A DNA stretch of 64,000 nt from an uncultured Planctomycetaceae bacterium (lineage in GTDB: Bacteria > Planctomycetota > Planctomycetia > Pirellulales > PALSA-1355): contig CAWBCP010000008.1 in NCBI GenBank assembly GCA_963787355.1, forward strand, positions 16,065-80,064, given 5' to 3'. Position numbers and translations under genes: made by a program. Position 1 is the stretch's first letter; the number at the start of each line of letters is the position of its first letter. This document shows positions 44,104-56,681 of this stretch, one piece after another. Below the pieces are notes generated by a model. That model was not told the origin of the DNA. It ran no database searches and was given only the letters and a program-made list of their open reading frames with translations.

Positions 44104-45023
44104 TTAGCGCGGCTTGCGCTTGGCGAGCGTGCCGGCGGCCCGTTTTTTGGCGGCGGCGGCTGGTTTCTTCTTGCGGTCTGAGGCAGCCGCGGCTTTGACG
44201 GTGCCGGCGCGCTTTTCCGGGCGTTTGGCGGCCTTCTTGGCGGCTTCGGCTTCCTTCTGCTTGCGCTTGGCTTGAGCGGGGCTCGGCTTGGCGGCGGCCG
44301 CCAGGGTCGCCGGCTCGGGCGCCGGTTTCTTGCTGGGTGCGCTTGGGGAACCGTTCCTTGGCGCTGGGGGCGATCGACAAGAGCAACTCGCGGAGCGACG
44401 TGGAAAACGGATTGGCGAAAAAGTCGGCCCCCAGTTCGTGCAGCAGGCTGGCGAACTCCTGCCCCTTGCTTTTGGGGATGGCCCGCTCGATTCCCGGCAC
44501 GATGCCGTGGGCCGCGTCGGCTTCGCTCATGGCGCCAAGCACGTACAGTGCGCCCAGCGTGCCCTTGTCGAGCGGAATGGCGTGTCCGCCCAGGGCGGTT
44601 TGCGTGGCGTAGCCGACGACGAACGGGGTGATGAGCGGCACTTTATGCAGGCGTTTGACCGCGGCGCCGATGTTTTGTTTCTTGAAGTGCTCCAGGTCGA
44701 ACGAGTAGTCCGACTCGAAGACGCTCTGCAGAATGCTCTTGAGCCGGGCGGCCGACTCAAGCGGCTCGCTGACCTTGTCGATCACTTCGGCCAGCTCTTT
44801 GGCGGTGCTGACGCGAATCTCGTTCCAGTCGAAAAACGCCGAGCGAGGCTTGCTCGAATTGGGCGCGGGCCACGTCGAGGTGGGTGTTTTCCAGGCAGCA
44901 GGCGAACAACAGCGCCTCGAGCAGCGGCTGATCGCCCTTGGTGGCCGTGTACTTGTGCGAGCGCTTGAGGACCTTGTGGATCTTGTTCAGCAAGGCGGCG
45001 CGGTTCGGGGTAGTCATGCTCAC
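44104..45023 (-). CDS. HhH-GPD / endonuclease III-like superfamily protein with a Lys/Ala-rich tail (putative; about 2-3 frame breaks)
   Basis: MSMTTPNRAALLNKIHKVLK... continues in ORF 44069-44785 (WNEIRVSTAKELAEVI...GYATQTALGGHAIPLD). The tail KKPAPEP...LAKRKPR is in a third frame. The family call is weak. Confidence 0.4.
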
Positions 45024-45104
45024 TTTCCGGGGGAAACGTCTCGAATAACAAGTGCGGGGGGTCGGGCGGGGCCGGGGCTGTCGGCAAGGGCCAAACAGGC
45101 AATT

Positions 45105-45506
45105 CTAACTTGAACCCTCGGCCTCGGTCGGCGGCTCGGCGGCCGGCGGCTCATCGGACGGCTCGACAGGCAGTACAGACCGCAGAATCCGACTGATCTC
45201 GATCGAATGCTTGACGCCCATGTCGAGCACGAACACCAAACGGGGGGTATAGCGGGTATCGATCCGCTTGGCAATCTTGGATTGCAGGTACCCGGCCGCG
45301 TTTTCCAGGCCGCGCAGGCTGAGCTTCTGCTGGGTCTCGTCGCCCATCACCGACACGTGCACCTTGGCTTGCCGCATGTCGGGCGAAACTTCGACATAGG
45401 TCACGGTCACGTCGCGAATGCGCGGATCCTTCAAATCGGTCAGGATCGCCATGCTGACGACTTCGCGAACCGCTTCGGCCGCCTTTTGAACACGTCGAGA
45501 GGTCAT
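45105..45506 (-). CDS. rbfA: Ribosome-binding factor A
   Basis: Intact 133 aa from the internal ATG. RVQKAAEAVREVVSMAILTDLKDPRI...VTYVEVSPDMRQAKVHVSV. Confidence 0.85.
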   Translation of the reverse strand: MTSRRVQKAAEAVREVVSMAILTDLKDPRIRDVTVTYVEVSPDMRQAKVHVSVMGDETQQKLSLRGLENAAGYLQSKIAKRIDTRYTPRLVFVLDMGVKHSIEISRILRSVLPVEPSDEPPAAEPPTEAEGSS

Positions 45507-45881
45507 GAAAAATCGGTTGCCGCCAGATTCGCTTTGCCAAGACGCCAGTTGATAATTCGCAAGCGCGAAGGATCGAAGAACGAAGAAGAATGAAATAGCC
45601 ACGGAGGCCAGGGAGATCACGGAGCGAGAAAGAATCACGGAAAGAGAGTAATCGTTAACTCGGCGAGCCCCGGGGCGTGGGGATTGCCGCGCTGGCCGCC
45701 GAACGTCAATGGAACAAAACTTGAACCCGCGCGGTCGTTGAACGATCGGCAAGTCGACGCATCCCGGGACTCACGTCCCGGGCTCGCCAACGAACGGGTG
45801 GATATCCTTCTCGAGGTCCTTCCTCTCGGTGTCCTCCGTGCCCTCCGGGGCTTGTCTTCTTTCTTCTCCTGCCTCTCATCC

Positions 45882-48521
45882 TCAGAACGTGCGGGCGACT
45901 TCCTCCACCTTGTATGCTTCGAGGATGTCGCCTTCCTTGAGGTCGTTGAAGCCGCCCAGCTTGATGCCGCACTCGAGCCCTTCGCGGACTTCGCGGGCGT
46001 CGTCCTTTTCGCGCTTCAGCGACTCGATGCTGTAGTCGCCGATGATGCGATTCTCGCGGATCAGCCGCACGCGGGCGTTGCGCTGGATATTGCCGGCCAG
46101 CACGCGGCAGCCGGCGATCGTGCCGACGCGGCTGATCGTGAAGGTCCGCTGTACCAGCGCCCGGCCGAGGTCGATCTCGCGATGCTCCGGCTCGAGCATG
46201 CCCTCGAGCGCGGCTTTGATGTCGGCGGTGAGCTTGTAAATGATCTCGTAGCGGCGAACCTGCACGCCGCGGCATCGGCCAGCGTGCGGCGCGTTTTCGT
46301 CGGGCACGACGTTGAAGCCGATGATGATCGCATCCGAGGCGTCGGCCAGGTGGACGTCGGCCTCGGTAATGCCGCCGACCGTGGCTTGCAGAATCTTGAT
46401 CTTCACTTCCGGGTGGACGAGCTTGGAGAGCTCCTTCTGGATCGCTTCGATCGATCCGCGGACGTCGGCCCGCAGGATGATATTGAGCGTTTGCACCACT
46501 TTCTGGCCGAGCCGGTCGAAGAGATTTTCGAGCGTGACGTGCTGAGGGCCGGTACCCAGGACGGCCAGGCGATTCTTGCCTTCGCGCGATTCGGCGATTT
46601 CGCGGGCCAGGGCGATGTCGTCGAGCGTGTAGAACCGCTCGCCGGCGGCCGGGGCCACGTTCAAGCCGGTGACGTTGACCGGCATGCGAGGGGCCGGCCT
46701 CGGCGTGGGTCTTGCCGGGCACGAGCGTGTCGTACATCGCCTTGACGCGGCCGTAGGCCGATCCGCACACCAGCGCATCGCCGATTCGCAGCGTGCCGTT
46801 CTGCACGATCAGCTTGGCCACCACGCCGCGCCCCTCGTGCAGCTCGGCTTCCAGGCAGGTGCCGACCGCCGCGCGGTGCGGGTTGGCCCGATAGTCGTGC
46901 AGCTCGGCCAGGGTCAGCAAGGTTTCCAGCAGCTCGTCGATGCCGGTGCCGGTCGTGGCGCTGGTCTTGACGACTTCGGTGTCGCCGCCCCATTCGGTCG
47001 GCAGCAGGTCGTTGGCCGCCAGTTGCTGGTAGATGCGCTGCGGGTCGACGCCGGGCAGGTCGATCTTGTTCAGCGCCACGACGATCGGCACTCCGGCCGC
47101 CTTGGCGTGGCTGATCGCCTCTTCGGTCTGCGGCATGATGCCGTCGTCGGCCGCCACGACCAGCACGGCGATATCGGTGACGTTGGCGCCGCGGGCCCGC
47201 ATTTCGGTGAAGGCTTCGTGGCCGGGCGTATCGACGAAGGAGATCTTGCGGCCGTCCTTGTCGATCTGGTAGGCGCGGATGTGCTGCGTGATGCCGCCGC
47301 TTTCGCCGCTGACGACGTTGATGCCGATGATGCGGTCCAACAGCGACGTCTTGCCGTGGTCGACATGGCCCAGGAACGTGATCACCGGCGGGCGATGCTC
47401 GAGCAGCGCGGGGTCGTCGGGCTCGTCTCGCAGGGCGGCGAGCTTTTCTTCGGCCACGTCGACCGCGTGCTTGAAGTCGATTTCGACGCCCAAGCTCCAC
47501 GGCCAGCAAGCTCGGCCATTTCCGCGTCGATTTCGGAGTTGATGTTGGCGTTGGCCAGCGTGCCCAGGCCGAGGAGTTGGCGGAGCACCTGCGAAGCCGA
47601 AACGCCGACGGCTTCGGAGAAGCTGCGGACGGTGCAGGGGAGTTCGAGCGTGATTCTGCCTTTGCGCGGGGCCGCGGTGTTGGTGCCGGTGCGCTTGATG
47701 ACGCGCGAGCTCGAGCGGCGGCGTGGCGTGGCCGCCTCTTCTTCATCGGTGCGCTGGCGGTTGTCGTTGCCTGCCCGGCGGCGGTTGAGCTGCCGCTGTT
47801 CGCGTCCGACTAGCAGGCCCGGCTCTTCGCCCTGACCCTTGGTGGGGTGGACGCCGCCGCGGCCGCGCCGCGTGAGCGGGCCGCCGGCGGGCAGCGGGCT
47901 GCCGGCTGCCGGCTTGCCGCGGGCGGCGGGACGCTCGCCGCGGGCTGCGCGGGCTGGCCCGGCGGCCCGCCGCCGGGCTCTTCCTCGCGGCGTTTGCCCT
48001 GCTGTTTGCGAACGTGGTCGATCAGCGGCTTGGTGCCGCCGCGGCTGGCTGCCTTGATGGCGTCGATCGGCAGCCGCAGGTCGGGCTTCTGCGCCGACTT
48101 CGTCCGGCGGCGGCGCGGCCGGTTCGGGAACCGTCGGCATGGGAGCCAGCTTGATCGTGGCGCCGGGCTTGGGCGGCGGCGCCTTGGCGGGCGTCTCGCC
48201 GTTGGTCGGTTTCTTTTTGGCTTTGCTGCGATCGGCCAGGACCGGCACTTTTTCGGCCGTGCCGGTCGGGGCGATGTAGTCTTCGCGGCGCACCACGCCC
48301 GTCTCGGCGGCGTCGATCGTGGCCGAGGCCGTGGGGCGCGACTTGCCTCCCTTGGCACTGGCACCACCGGCCATGTAGGCCTTGACGCGGTCGGCTTCCT
48401 CGTCGGTGAGGCTGGCCAACGCCGACCCCTTGCCGGTGACGCCGGCCGCCGTGCAGATGTCGACCAGCACTTTGCTGTCGAGCTTAAGTTCTTTCGCTAG
48501 TGAGTAAATACGAACGGGCAA
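45882..48521 (-). CDS. infB: Translation initiation factor IF-2 (at least 5 frame breaks)
   Basis: [20 protein letters not shown]-terminus, G domain [12 protein letters not shown] / DTPGHEAF / NKID, and C-terminal ...[18 protein letters not shown], spread over ORFs 47382-48521, 47810-48367, 45706-47493 and 45882-46778. Confidence 0.9.
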
Positions 48522-48632
48522 ACTTTGGCCCTCCCGCGTTGCGAGTCGGCGCCCAACTCGGCAGCGCCGAGTGGGGGCAGGACTCTGTAGAATACCTTAA
48601 TTCATTGTTTAGTTCTCCCAGATGCGGGCAAA

Positions 48633-50034
48633 TCAAGCTTCGGCCGCCGGCGGGGTGGCCGCTTCGCCGCTGGCCGTTTCCTCGCCTGTGGCAGGAGTTT
48701 CCTGGCCTTCGGCAGGTGTTGCGTCGCCTTCGGCTGGTGTTGCGTCGCCATCAACGGGCGGCGGCGCCTCGCCGGCCGCTTCGCGCGCCTGGCGCTCGGC
48801 CGCCTCGGCGGCTTCGGCCGCGGCCGTGGCCGCCTCGATGCGATCCTGTTCGCGCTGGCGACGCCGTTCGAGCGCCGCGGCCGCTTCGGCCTCCTTGGCC
48901 TTCTCCTCGGCCTGCTCGATGATCGCCGAGGCCTGCTCCTCGTTCAGCTCGCCCATCTCCATCAGGGCGTCCGGCTCGATGATCGACAGGTCGTCGTACG
49001 ACAAGAAGCCCTCGCCCACGAGCTTCTCGCTCAGGCTCTCGTCGACGCCCTCGATCGCACGAGAAGCCGACCACGGCCCGCTCGATCGACTCGTCGAGTT
49101 CCTCGCGGGTCATGATTTCGATGTCCCAGACGCACAGCTTGCTGGCCAGGCGGACGTTCTGGCCGCGGCGGCCGATGGCCAGCGACAACTGGTCCTCGCG
49201 CACCAGCACGATGGCCCGGCCGAGCATCTGGCAGAGGATCACTTCCTCGACTTCGGCCGGCTGCAGGGCGTTGGGAATGAGCACCTGCAGGTCGTCGCTC
49301 CAGCGGACGATGTCGATGCGCTCGCCGGCCAGCTCGTCGACGATGTTCTTGATGCGGTTGCCGCGCACGCCGACGCAGGCCCCGACGCAATCGACGCGCT
49401 GGTCGGAGCTGCTGACGGCCACCTTGCTGCGATAGCCGGGCTCGCGGGCCATGGCGCGGATTTCGATGACGCCGTCGGCGATTTCGGGGATTTCCTGTTC
49501 GAACAACCGCTGCACGAGCTGCTTCTTGGTGCGGCTGAGGATCACCTTGACGCGGCTGCCGGCCTTGCGGACTTCGAATACCGTGGCGCGGACGCGTTCG
49601 TTGGGGTGGTGCGTTTCGCCGGGGATTTGCTCGCTGCGGGGGAGGATCGCCTCGACGTTGTTGAGCGAGACCGTGGCGGCGCCGCCTTCGTAGCGCTGCA
49701 CGACGCCGGTGATCATCTGGCCGATCAGCTCGTGGTATTCGTCGTACAGGGCGTCGCGCTCGGCCTCGCGAATCTTCTGGATCATCACCTGCTTGGCGGT
49801 CTGGGCGCCGATGCGGCCGACGGTCTCTTCGGGGTCCAGCGGGGCGCCGTTGTGCGTGCCGCTGATCGAGCCGTCCTTGCGGTCGATCTGCACGACGATG
49901 TCTTCTTCCTCGCCGTATTGTTTCTTGGCGGCCGAGACCAGCGCGGCCTCGATCGCGGTAAACACGACTTCCTTCTCGACGTTCTTGTCGCGATGGATGG
50001 CATCGACGATTCGCAGCAGCTCGTTGGCGTTCAT
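48633..50034 (-). CDS. nusA: Transcription termination/antitermination factor NusA (one frame break near 49055)
   Basis: [20 protein letters not shown]1 and KH regions ([30 protein letters not shown]), and an acidic C-terminal tail in ORF 48633-49019. Confidence 0.9.
48706..48747. repeat. 21-bp tandem duplication inside the nusA tail (encodes DATPAEG twice)
   Basis: CCTTCGGCAGGTGTTGCGTCG followed by CCTTCGGCTGGTGTTGCGTCG. Confidence 0.8.
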
Positions 50035-50262
50035 GATGGAGGGTTCCCCTGGGGGGCGAAATCGAATTGTCGGGCACGCGTGGATCGGTACGAATGCAGG
50101 TGGGTTTGCCCGCCGCGAGGGTTCATAACTCCCTCGCCGTCGCGGCCACCCGTCGACCGAATGAACGGGCCCTCAGCGGATTGTAAAAACGACGCTCAGT
50201 ATCGAATCGAAGGCATTTTTCCTGGACGATGCTCGGTGGTTATACGTATCGGTTACGCGTAC

Positions 50263-51522
<1,260 letters not shown>

Positions 51523-52193
51523 CGTCGCCGTTTTTCCCGGGTTGGTGGCCCTTTGCCGCCGTGCGCAGCAGCACCGTGGGCCGCCGGGCGGGACAACAAA
51601 AGCCGTTTTCGCTACACAACTTAGCTAAATGCGTAATCCGGTAAAGATATCGGTGGTCGGGGGAGGTGTCAAGCGACGAGCGGGGGGTCGTTGAGGCCCC
51701 CTGGCTCGGCGGGCGTCAACGTCGGCGCTGGTCGAGCCGCTGCCGCCGAAGAGGCTGGAGCGATCGGAGGAAGCTGCGGGGCGGTTCTTGGGCCGGGCGA
51801 GGCCGCGGCGACTCCTCGCTTAGAATGATGGAATGAGTGACAGCCGCCATCGCTGGTTGCCCCGCTTTTCGCTGCGCGCTGATGGAGGCGCTAGCGGTGT
51901 TTGGCTTCTTCCTGGTGTGGAATTTTCCGATGATCCTCTATCGCCATGACAGCCGCTTTAAGATTCGCCCGCTTCACCTACAGCCCGCAAGCGAATCGTG
52001 GATCCCAAGGGAATTTAGACGCGCCGTCCGGGCAATTAAGTCTGTTGAGCTCGAGTCGCGATGTCGAAAAGCTGGACGGCCAGCAGCAATGGATTCATTG
52101 CACAGTAGATTGGGACCGGCTAGCGCAGGTCTTCGACCTCAAATCTCCGATAATGTCGGATTAGACTCACCCGCTACTAATGACACTGCCGGC

Positions 52194-52223
52194 TTGACAC
52201 TGCCGCCCGGCGTTTTTTAGGAT
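52194..52223 (+). promoter_or_regulatory. Candidate promoter for rpmF (TTGACA-18-TAGGAT)
   Basis: Motifs read directly, about 80 nt upstream of the rpmF ATG. Confidence 0.3.
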
Positions 52224-52304
52224 TGGTTGTTTCTCGGGTTGTGCAGCGAACTTCTGGGTGCTTCCGCGGCAGGCGGCGGGCCCACTAGCGAAACAGGTCG
52301 TGCC

Positions 52305-52487
52305 ATGGCTGTTCCTAAGCGAAAACAATCGAATGCCCGCACGGGGAGCCGGCGGGCCCATGATGCGATCAAGCCCAAGCGGCTCGAATACTGCCCGCAG
52401 TGCAGCACGGCGGTGCCCTCGCATCGGATCTGCCCGAACTGCGGCCACTACATGGGCCGGCCGATGGTCGAGATCGCCGAGGAGTAG
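52305..52487 (+). CDS. rpmF: 50S ribosomal protein L32
   Basis: MAVPKRKQSNARTGSRRAH... with the CPQC...CPNC zinc ribbon. Confidence 0.85.
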   Translation: MAVPKRKQSNARTGSRRAHDAIKPKRLEYCPQCSTAVPSHRICPNCGHYMGRPMVEIAEE

Positions 52488-52519
52488 GGTCGAAGGGCAG
52501 GATTGCCGAACCTCGTGTC

Positions 52520-52582
52520 CCACTGGCCTTGCCAGGGTGAGCCGAGTTCGGACGCTCGGCACTGGCAGAGCCAGTGGCACAC
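52520..52582. repeat. REP-like hairpin modules 3' of rpmF
   Basis: CCACTGGCCTTGCCAGGGTG, GCCGAGTTCGGACGCTCGGC, CACTGGCAGAGCCAGTGGCACAC. Confidence 0.7.
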
Positions 52583-52721
52583 GGGAACCACACTCGTCGA
52601 CCAATCGGCGGAGCGGCGACTACCGAGCCTCTTAGGGAGTTGGCTCGGGTGACAACGATGACTCGCGGCGCGAACGCGCGGCCGTCGGGTCTTCGACAGT
52701 CCAGGGTGGGGGAGCGCGACG

Positions 52722-53629
52722 GTGACGAAAATCGCCTTTCTGTTTCCCGGCCAAGGTGCGCAACAGGTCGGCATGGGACGCGCCGCCGCCGAGTCGCTGC
52801 CGCCGGGTGCGAACTTTACGATCGGGCCAATGCCATTTTGGGCTACGACCTGGCGCGGCTGTGTTTCGAAGGCCCGGCCGAAGAGCTCGACTCGACGGTC
52901 TACAGCCAGCCGGCGCTGTTCGTCACCAGCCTGGCGGCGGTCGAGCTGCTGCGCAAGAACGTGCCCGACGTGGTGCTGGCTTGCGAGGCGGCGGCGGGGC
53001 TGAGCCTGGGCGAATACACGGCGCTGGTGTTTGCCGGCGCGATCGAGTTCGACGCCGGGCTGCGGCTGGTGGCCCTGCGCGGCGAGGCCATGCAGGAAGC
53101 GGCCGACGCCACGCCCAGCGGCATGGTCAGCATCCTGGGCCTGGAACGCGCGCAAGTCGAAGAGCTGTGCGAGCGGGCCCGGCAGGGCGAAATCCTGCAG
53201 ATCGCCAACTTTCTCTGCCCGGGAAATATCGTGATTTCGGGCACGAATTCGGCCTGTGAGCGGGCAGCCGAGATGGCGGCTTCGGCCGGGGCGATGAAGG
53301 CCGTGCCTTTGGCCGTGGCCGGGGCGTTTCACACGCCGATCATGAACTCGGCCGTCGAGCGGCTGCGAGCGGCGCTGGCCGAGACGCGGATCGCGCGGCC
53401 GGCGATCCCGGTGATTTCGAACGTCGACGCCATGGCCCACGACGATCCCGACGAGATTCGCGAAATCCTCGTGCGGCAGGTGGTGGCGCCGGTGCGGTGG
53501 GAAGAATCGATGCGCAAGTTGCTGGCCGACGGGTACGACCAGTTTTACGAAGTGGGCCCGGGACGGGTGCTGCGCGGGTTGCTCAAGCGAATCGAGCGGC
53601 GCACGAGTTGCCAGGGGGTGTTTGATTAG
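52722..53629 (+). CDS. fabD: Malonyl-CoA:ACP transacylase (one frame break near 52800)
   Basis: GTG start. IAFLFPGQGAQQVGMG, GLSLGEYTALV (active-site Ser), AGAFHTPIM. Confidence 0.85.
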
Positions 53630-53694
53630 AGCGGTCCCGGCAGCGGAAACGGGGTTTTCGAGGGAAGTCGGTTTTCCACGGAAGATTTTAGAGT

Positions 53695-54463
53695 ATGAGC
53701 ACTTCGGGTGAGCGGCCGCTGCACGTCGACTTGAAGGGGCAGACGGCGATTGTTACCGGCGCTTCGCGGGGCATTGGCCGGGCGATCGCGCTGGCCTTGG
53801 CCGATGCGGGGGCGCGCGTGGCTTGCGTGGCCCGCAGTGCCGACAAACTGGCCGAAACGGTCGAAGCGATCCGCGACTGCCGGCGGCACGGCCGAAGTGC
53901 ATGCCTGCGACGTGACCGACTCGGCCAGCGTGCAGCAGGTGGTCGACGCCGTCACGGAAAAGTGGGAGAAGCTGCACATCCTGGTGAACAATGCCGGGGT
54001 GACGCGCGACACGCTGATCCCGCGGATGTCGGACGAAGACTGGGACACGGTGATCGACACGAACCTGCGCGGCACGTTTTTGTTCACCCGCGCCGCCACG
54101 CGGCCGATGATGCAAGGGCGTTACGGCCGGATCATCAACATCGCCAGCGTCACCGGGCTGATGGGCAACCCGGGGCAGGCAAACTATGCGGCCTCGAAGG
54201 CGGGAATCATCGGCATGACGCGATGCGTGGCCAAGGAGCTGGCCAGCCGCAAGATCACGGTCAATGCCGTGGCACCGGGCTTCATCGAGACCGAAATGAC
54301 AGCGGCCATGGGCCCGGGCGTTTTGGACGAGGTGAAAAAACGAATTCCGGCAAAGCGGGTGGGCCAGGCCGAAGAAATTGCCTATGGCGTGCTGTTTCTG
54401 GCCAGCGGCGCGGCCAGCTACATCACCGGCCAGGTGCTGGTGATCGACGGCGGTTTGTTTTGA
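53695..54463 (+). CDS. fabG: 3-oxoacyl-ACP reductase (one frame break near 53880)
   Basis: TGASRGIGRAIA, NNAGVTRD, YAASKAGIIGMT, VNAVAPGFIETEMT. Confidence 0.85.
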
Positions 54464-54663
54464 TCGGGCATGGCGAGCTTCGGCGCAGGTCAGGCTGGGG
54501 ATTGGCCGGGGTAAAAGCGGGTCCCGGCCAGTCGGCTGGAGAAACGACTGCGGCCCCCCTTTTTTGCGTTCGCTGTGACTTGCGGCAGCCGGCCGGCGTC
54601 TTTAAAGGCTGAGAACCCTCTGACGAAGTGCTCGTATGGACAGGAGCGGGGAAAGATTCTATC

Positions 54664-54693
54664 TTGACCTGTCTTATGGAAATCCTCTATTTT
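54664..54693 (+). promoter_or_regulatory. Candidate promoter for acpP (TTGACC-18-TATTTT)
   Basis: Motifs read directly in a low-GC spacer about 100 nt upstream of acpP. Confidence 0.25.
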
Positions 54694-54796
54694 TGGATTG
54701 TTTAACCCCAGCAAGCGGGATGTACTTCCAGGATTTGGGTTAGTTGGGAACGGGAAGCGAATGCGGACTTTCCGATATTGAATCAGTTGGAGGATC

Positions 54797-55039
54797 GTGA
54801 AGGTGGCGAGTGTTCAAGAGCGTGTGATCGATATCGTCGCCGAGCAGCTCGGCGTCGACAAGGAGAAAGTGACGCCGGAGACGTCGTTCGTCAACGACTT
54901 GGGGGCAGACTCGCTCGACACGGTTGAGCTGGTGATGGAGTTGGAAGAAGAATTCGACATCACGATTCCCGACGACGCGGCGGAAAAGATTCAAACCGTG
55001 GGACAAGCAGTCCAATACATCGAAGCCTCCCAGTCGTAA
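54797..55039 (+). CDS. acpP: Acyl carrier protein
   Basis: GTG start after GGAGGA. Phosphopantetheine site [14 protein letters not shown]. Confidence 0.9.
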   Translation: MKVASVQERVIDIVAEQLGVDKEKVTPETSFVNDLGADSLDTVELVMELEEEFDITIPDDAAEKIQTVGQAVQYIEASQS

Positions 55040-55054
55040 GATTGAAATGAATTC

Positions 55055-56311
55055 ATGAAACGACGCGTCGTGGTAACCGGGCTGGGAGCAGTCACTTCGC
55101 TCAGCTCGCAGGTCCTTGATCTCTGGAAACGAATTCTCGCCGGCGAAAGCGGGATTCATCGGATCAAGCTGTTCGACACCACTGGACACAAGGTCCATTT
55201 TGGTGGCGACATCTACGATTGGACCGCCGGCGACTACATGTCGGTCAAGGACGCCAAGCGGATCGATCGCTTCACGCAGTTCGCAATGGTCGCTGGCATC
55301 GACGCGGTGCGCGACAGCGGCATCGACTTCTCGAAGATCGACCCCTTCCGCGCCGGCGTGATCCTGGGCAGCGGCATCGGCGGCCTTCACGAAATCGAAA
55401 CACAAGTCGAACGCCTGCTGCACAAAGGCCCCGACAAGGTCTCGGCCTTCACCATACCGAAGCTGATGCTCAACGCGGCCAGCGGGCAGATTTCGATCGA
55501 ATACGGCCTGCGCGGCCCAAACTATGCCGTGGCCACGGCCTGTGCCAGCGCGACCAACGCCATCGGCGACGCCTTCAAGTCGATCCAATACGACGAAGCC
55601 GACGTGATGATCACCGGCGGCAGCGAGGCGGCCATCACGCCCATGGGCATCAGCGGCTTTGCCAACATGCGGGCCCTGTCGGAGCGCAACGACGAGCCCG
55701 AGAAGGCCAGCCGGCCGTTCGACCGGGGCCGCGACGGCTTCGTGCTCAGCGAGGGGGCCGGCATGCTCGTGTTCGAAGAGCTCGAACACGCCAAGGCCCG
55801 CGATGCGAAGATCTATGCTGAAGTGCTCGGCTACGGCGCCAGCGCCGACGCCGGACACATCACCCAGCCCGACGAAGCCGGCATCGGCGCGGCGCGGGCC
55901 ATGAAGCGGGCACTGGAAGACGGGCAGCTCGAGCCGAGCGAGATCGCTTACATCAACGCCCACGGCACGAGCACGCCCTTGGGCGACGCGGCCGAGACGA
56001 ACGCGGTGAAGAAAGTGTTCGGCGAGCACGCCAGCAAGCTGAGCATTTCCAGCACGAAGAGCCAGTTGGGGCACTTGCTGGGGGCCAGCGGCGGGGTGGA
56101 GCTGGTGTTGACCGTGCTGGCAGCGAAGGAGAACACGGTGCCGCCGACGATCAATCTCGACGAGCCGGACCCGGCCTGCGACCTGGATTACACGCCTTAC
56201 CAGCCGCGCGAGCGGAAGATTGCCGCCGCCATGAGCAACAGCTTCGGTTTCGGCGGCCACAACGCCTCGGTCATCATCGGCCACCTCCGCAACGGCCACC
56301 GGGCCGCTTAA
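55055..56311 (+). CDS. fabF: 3-oxoacyl-ACP synthase II
   Basis: Intact 418 aa. Active-site ATACASATNAIG, HGTSTPLGD, GHLLGASGG. Confidence 0.9.
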   Translation: MKRRVVVTGLGAVTSLSSQVLDLWKRILAGESGIHRIKLFDTTGHKVHFGGDIYDWTAGDYMSVKDAKRIDRFTQFAMVAGIDAVRDSGIDFSKIDPFRAGVILGSGIGGLHEIETQVERLLHKGPDKVSAFTIPKLMLNAASGQISIEYGLRGPNYAVATACASATNAIGDAFKSIQYDEADVMITGGSEAAITPMGISGFANMRALSERNDEPEKASRPFDRGRDGFVLSEGAGMLVFEELEHAKARDAKIYAEVLGYGASADAGHITQPDEAGIGAARAMKRALEDGQLEPSEIAYINAHGTSTPLGDAAETNAVKKVFGEHASKLSISSTKSQLGHLLGASGGVELVLTVLAAKENTVPPTINLDEPDPACDLDYTPYQPRERKIAAAMSNSFGFGGHNASVIIGHLRNGHRAA

Positions 56312-56681
56312 CGCGGGCGCGGGAGCCTCGCACTGGCAGCGACAGCATGTCCCCTCGAGGCGGCTGTCCGACGCTTCCCCACGGCCAGCCCAGGCGGCAG
56401 CCAGCATGGGTCCCCGGCCTGGCGGGCGCTTGTCGAAAGCGCAAAAGCGCGCCGGCGGCGACGAATCTCGGAACCGCCGCGGTTTTGCGCGGTTTCATTT
56501 CATAGGGGAGCGTGCCGTGCGGATCGCACGGCCGCCTGCTCTCCAAGGCGGATCCCATCCAGCGTGCGCGAAGGTCCGCACGCGACTGCCTCTTGGCGCG
56601 CTTGTTGTAATGCGCCAGATGTGGCCCTTCGCAGGGGCGTTTCGCCGATCGACCAGGCCAAACACCGATTGGAGAAGACTT

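Noticed and set aside
51837-52220. 127-aa ORF (GTG start) upstream of rpmF as a real gene or a YceD homologue
   Set aside because: It has no DUF177 motifs, no clear ribosome-binding site, and odd composition. It is kept only as a question in the findings.
54740-56407. 555-aa minus-strand ORF
   Set aside because: It lies antisense to acpP and fabF, which are intact and unmistakable. It is a typical high-GC shadow ORF.
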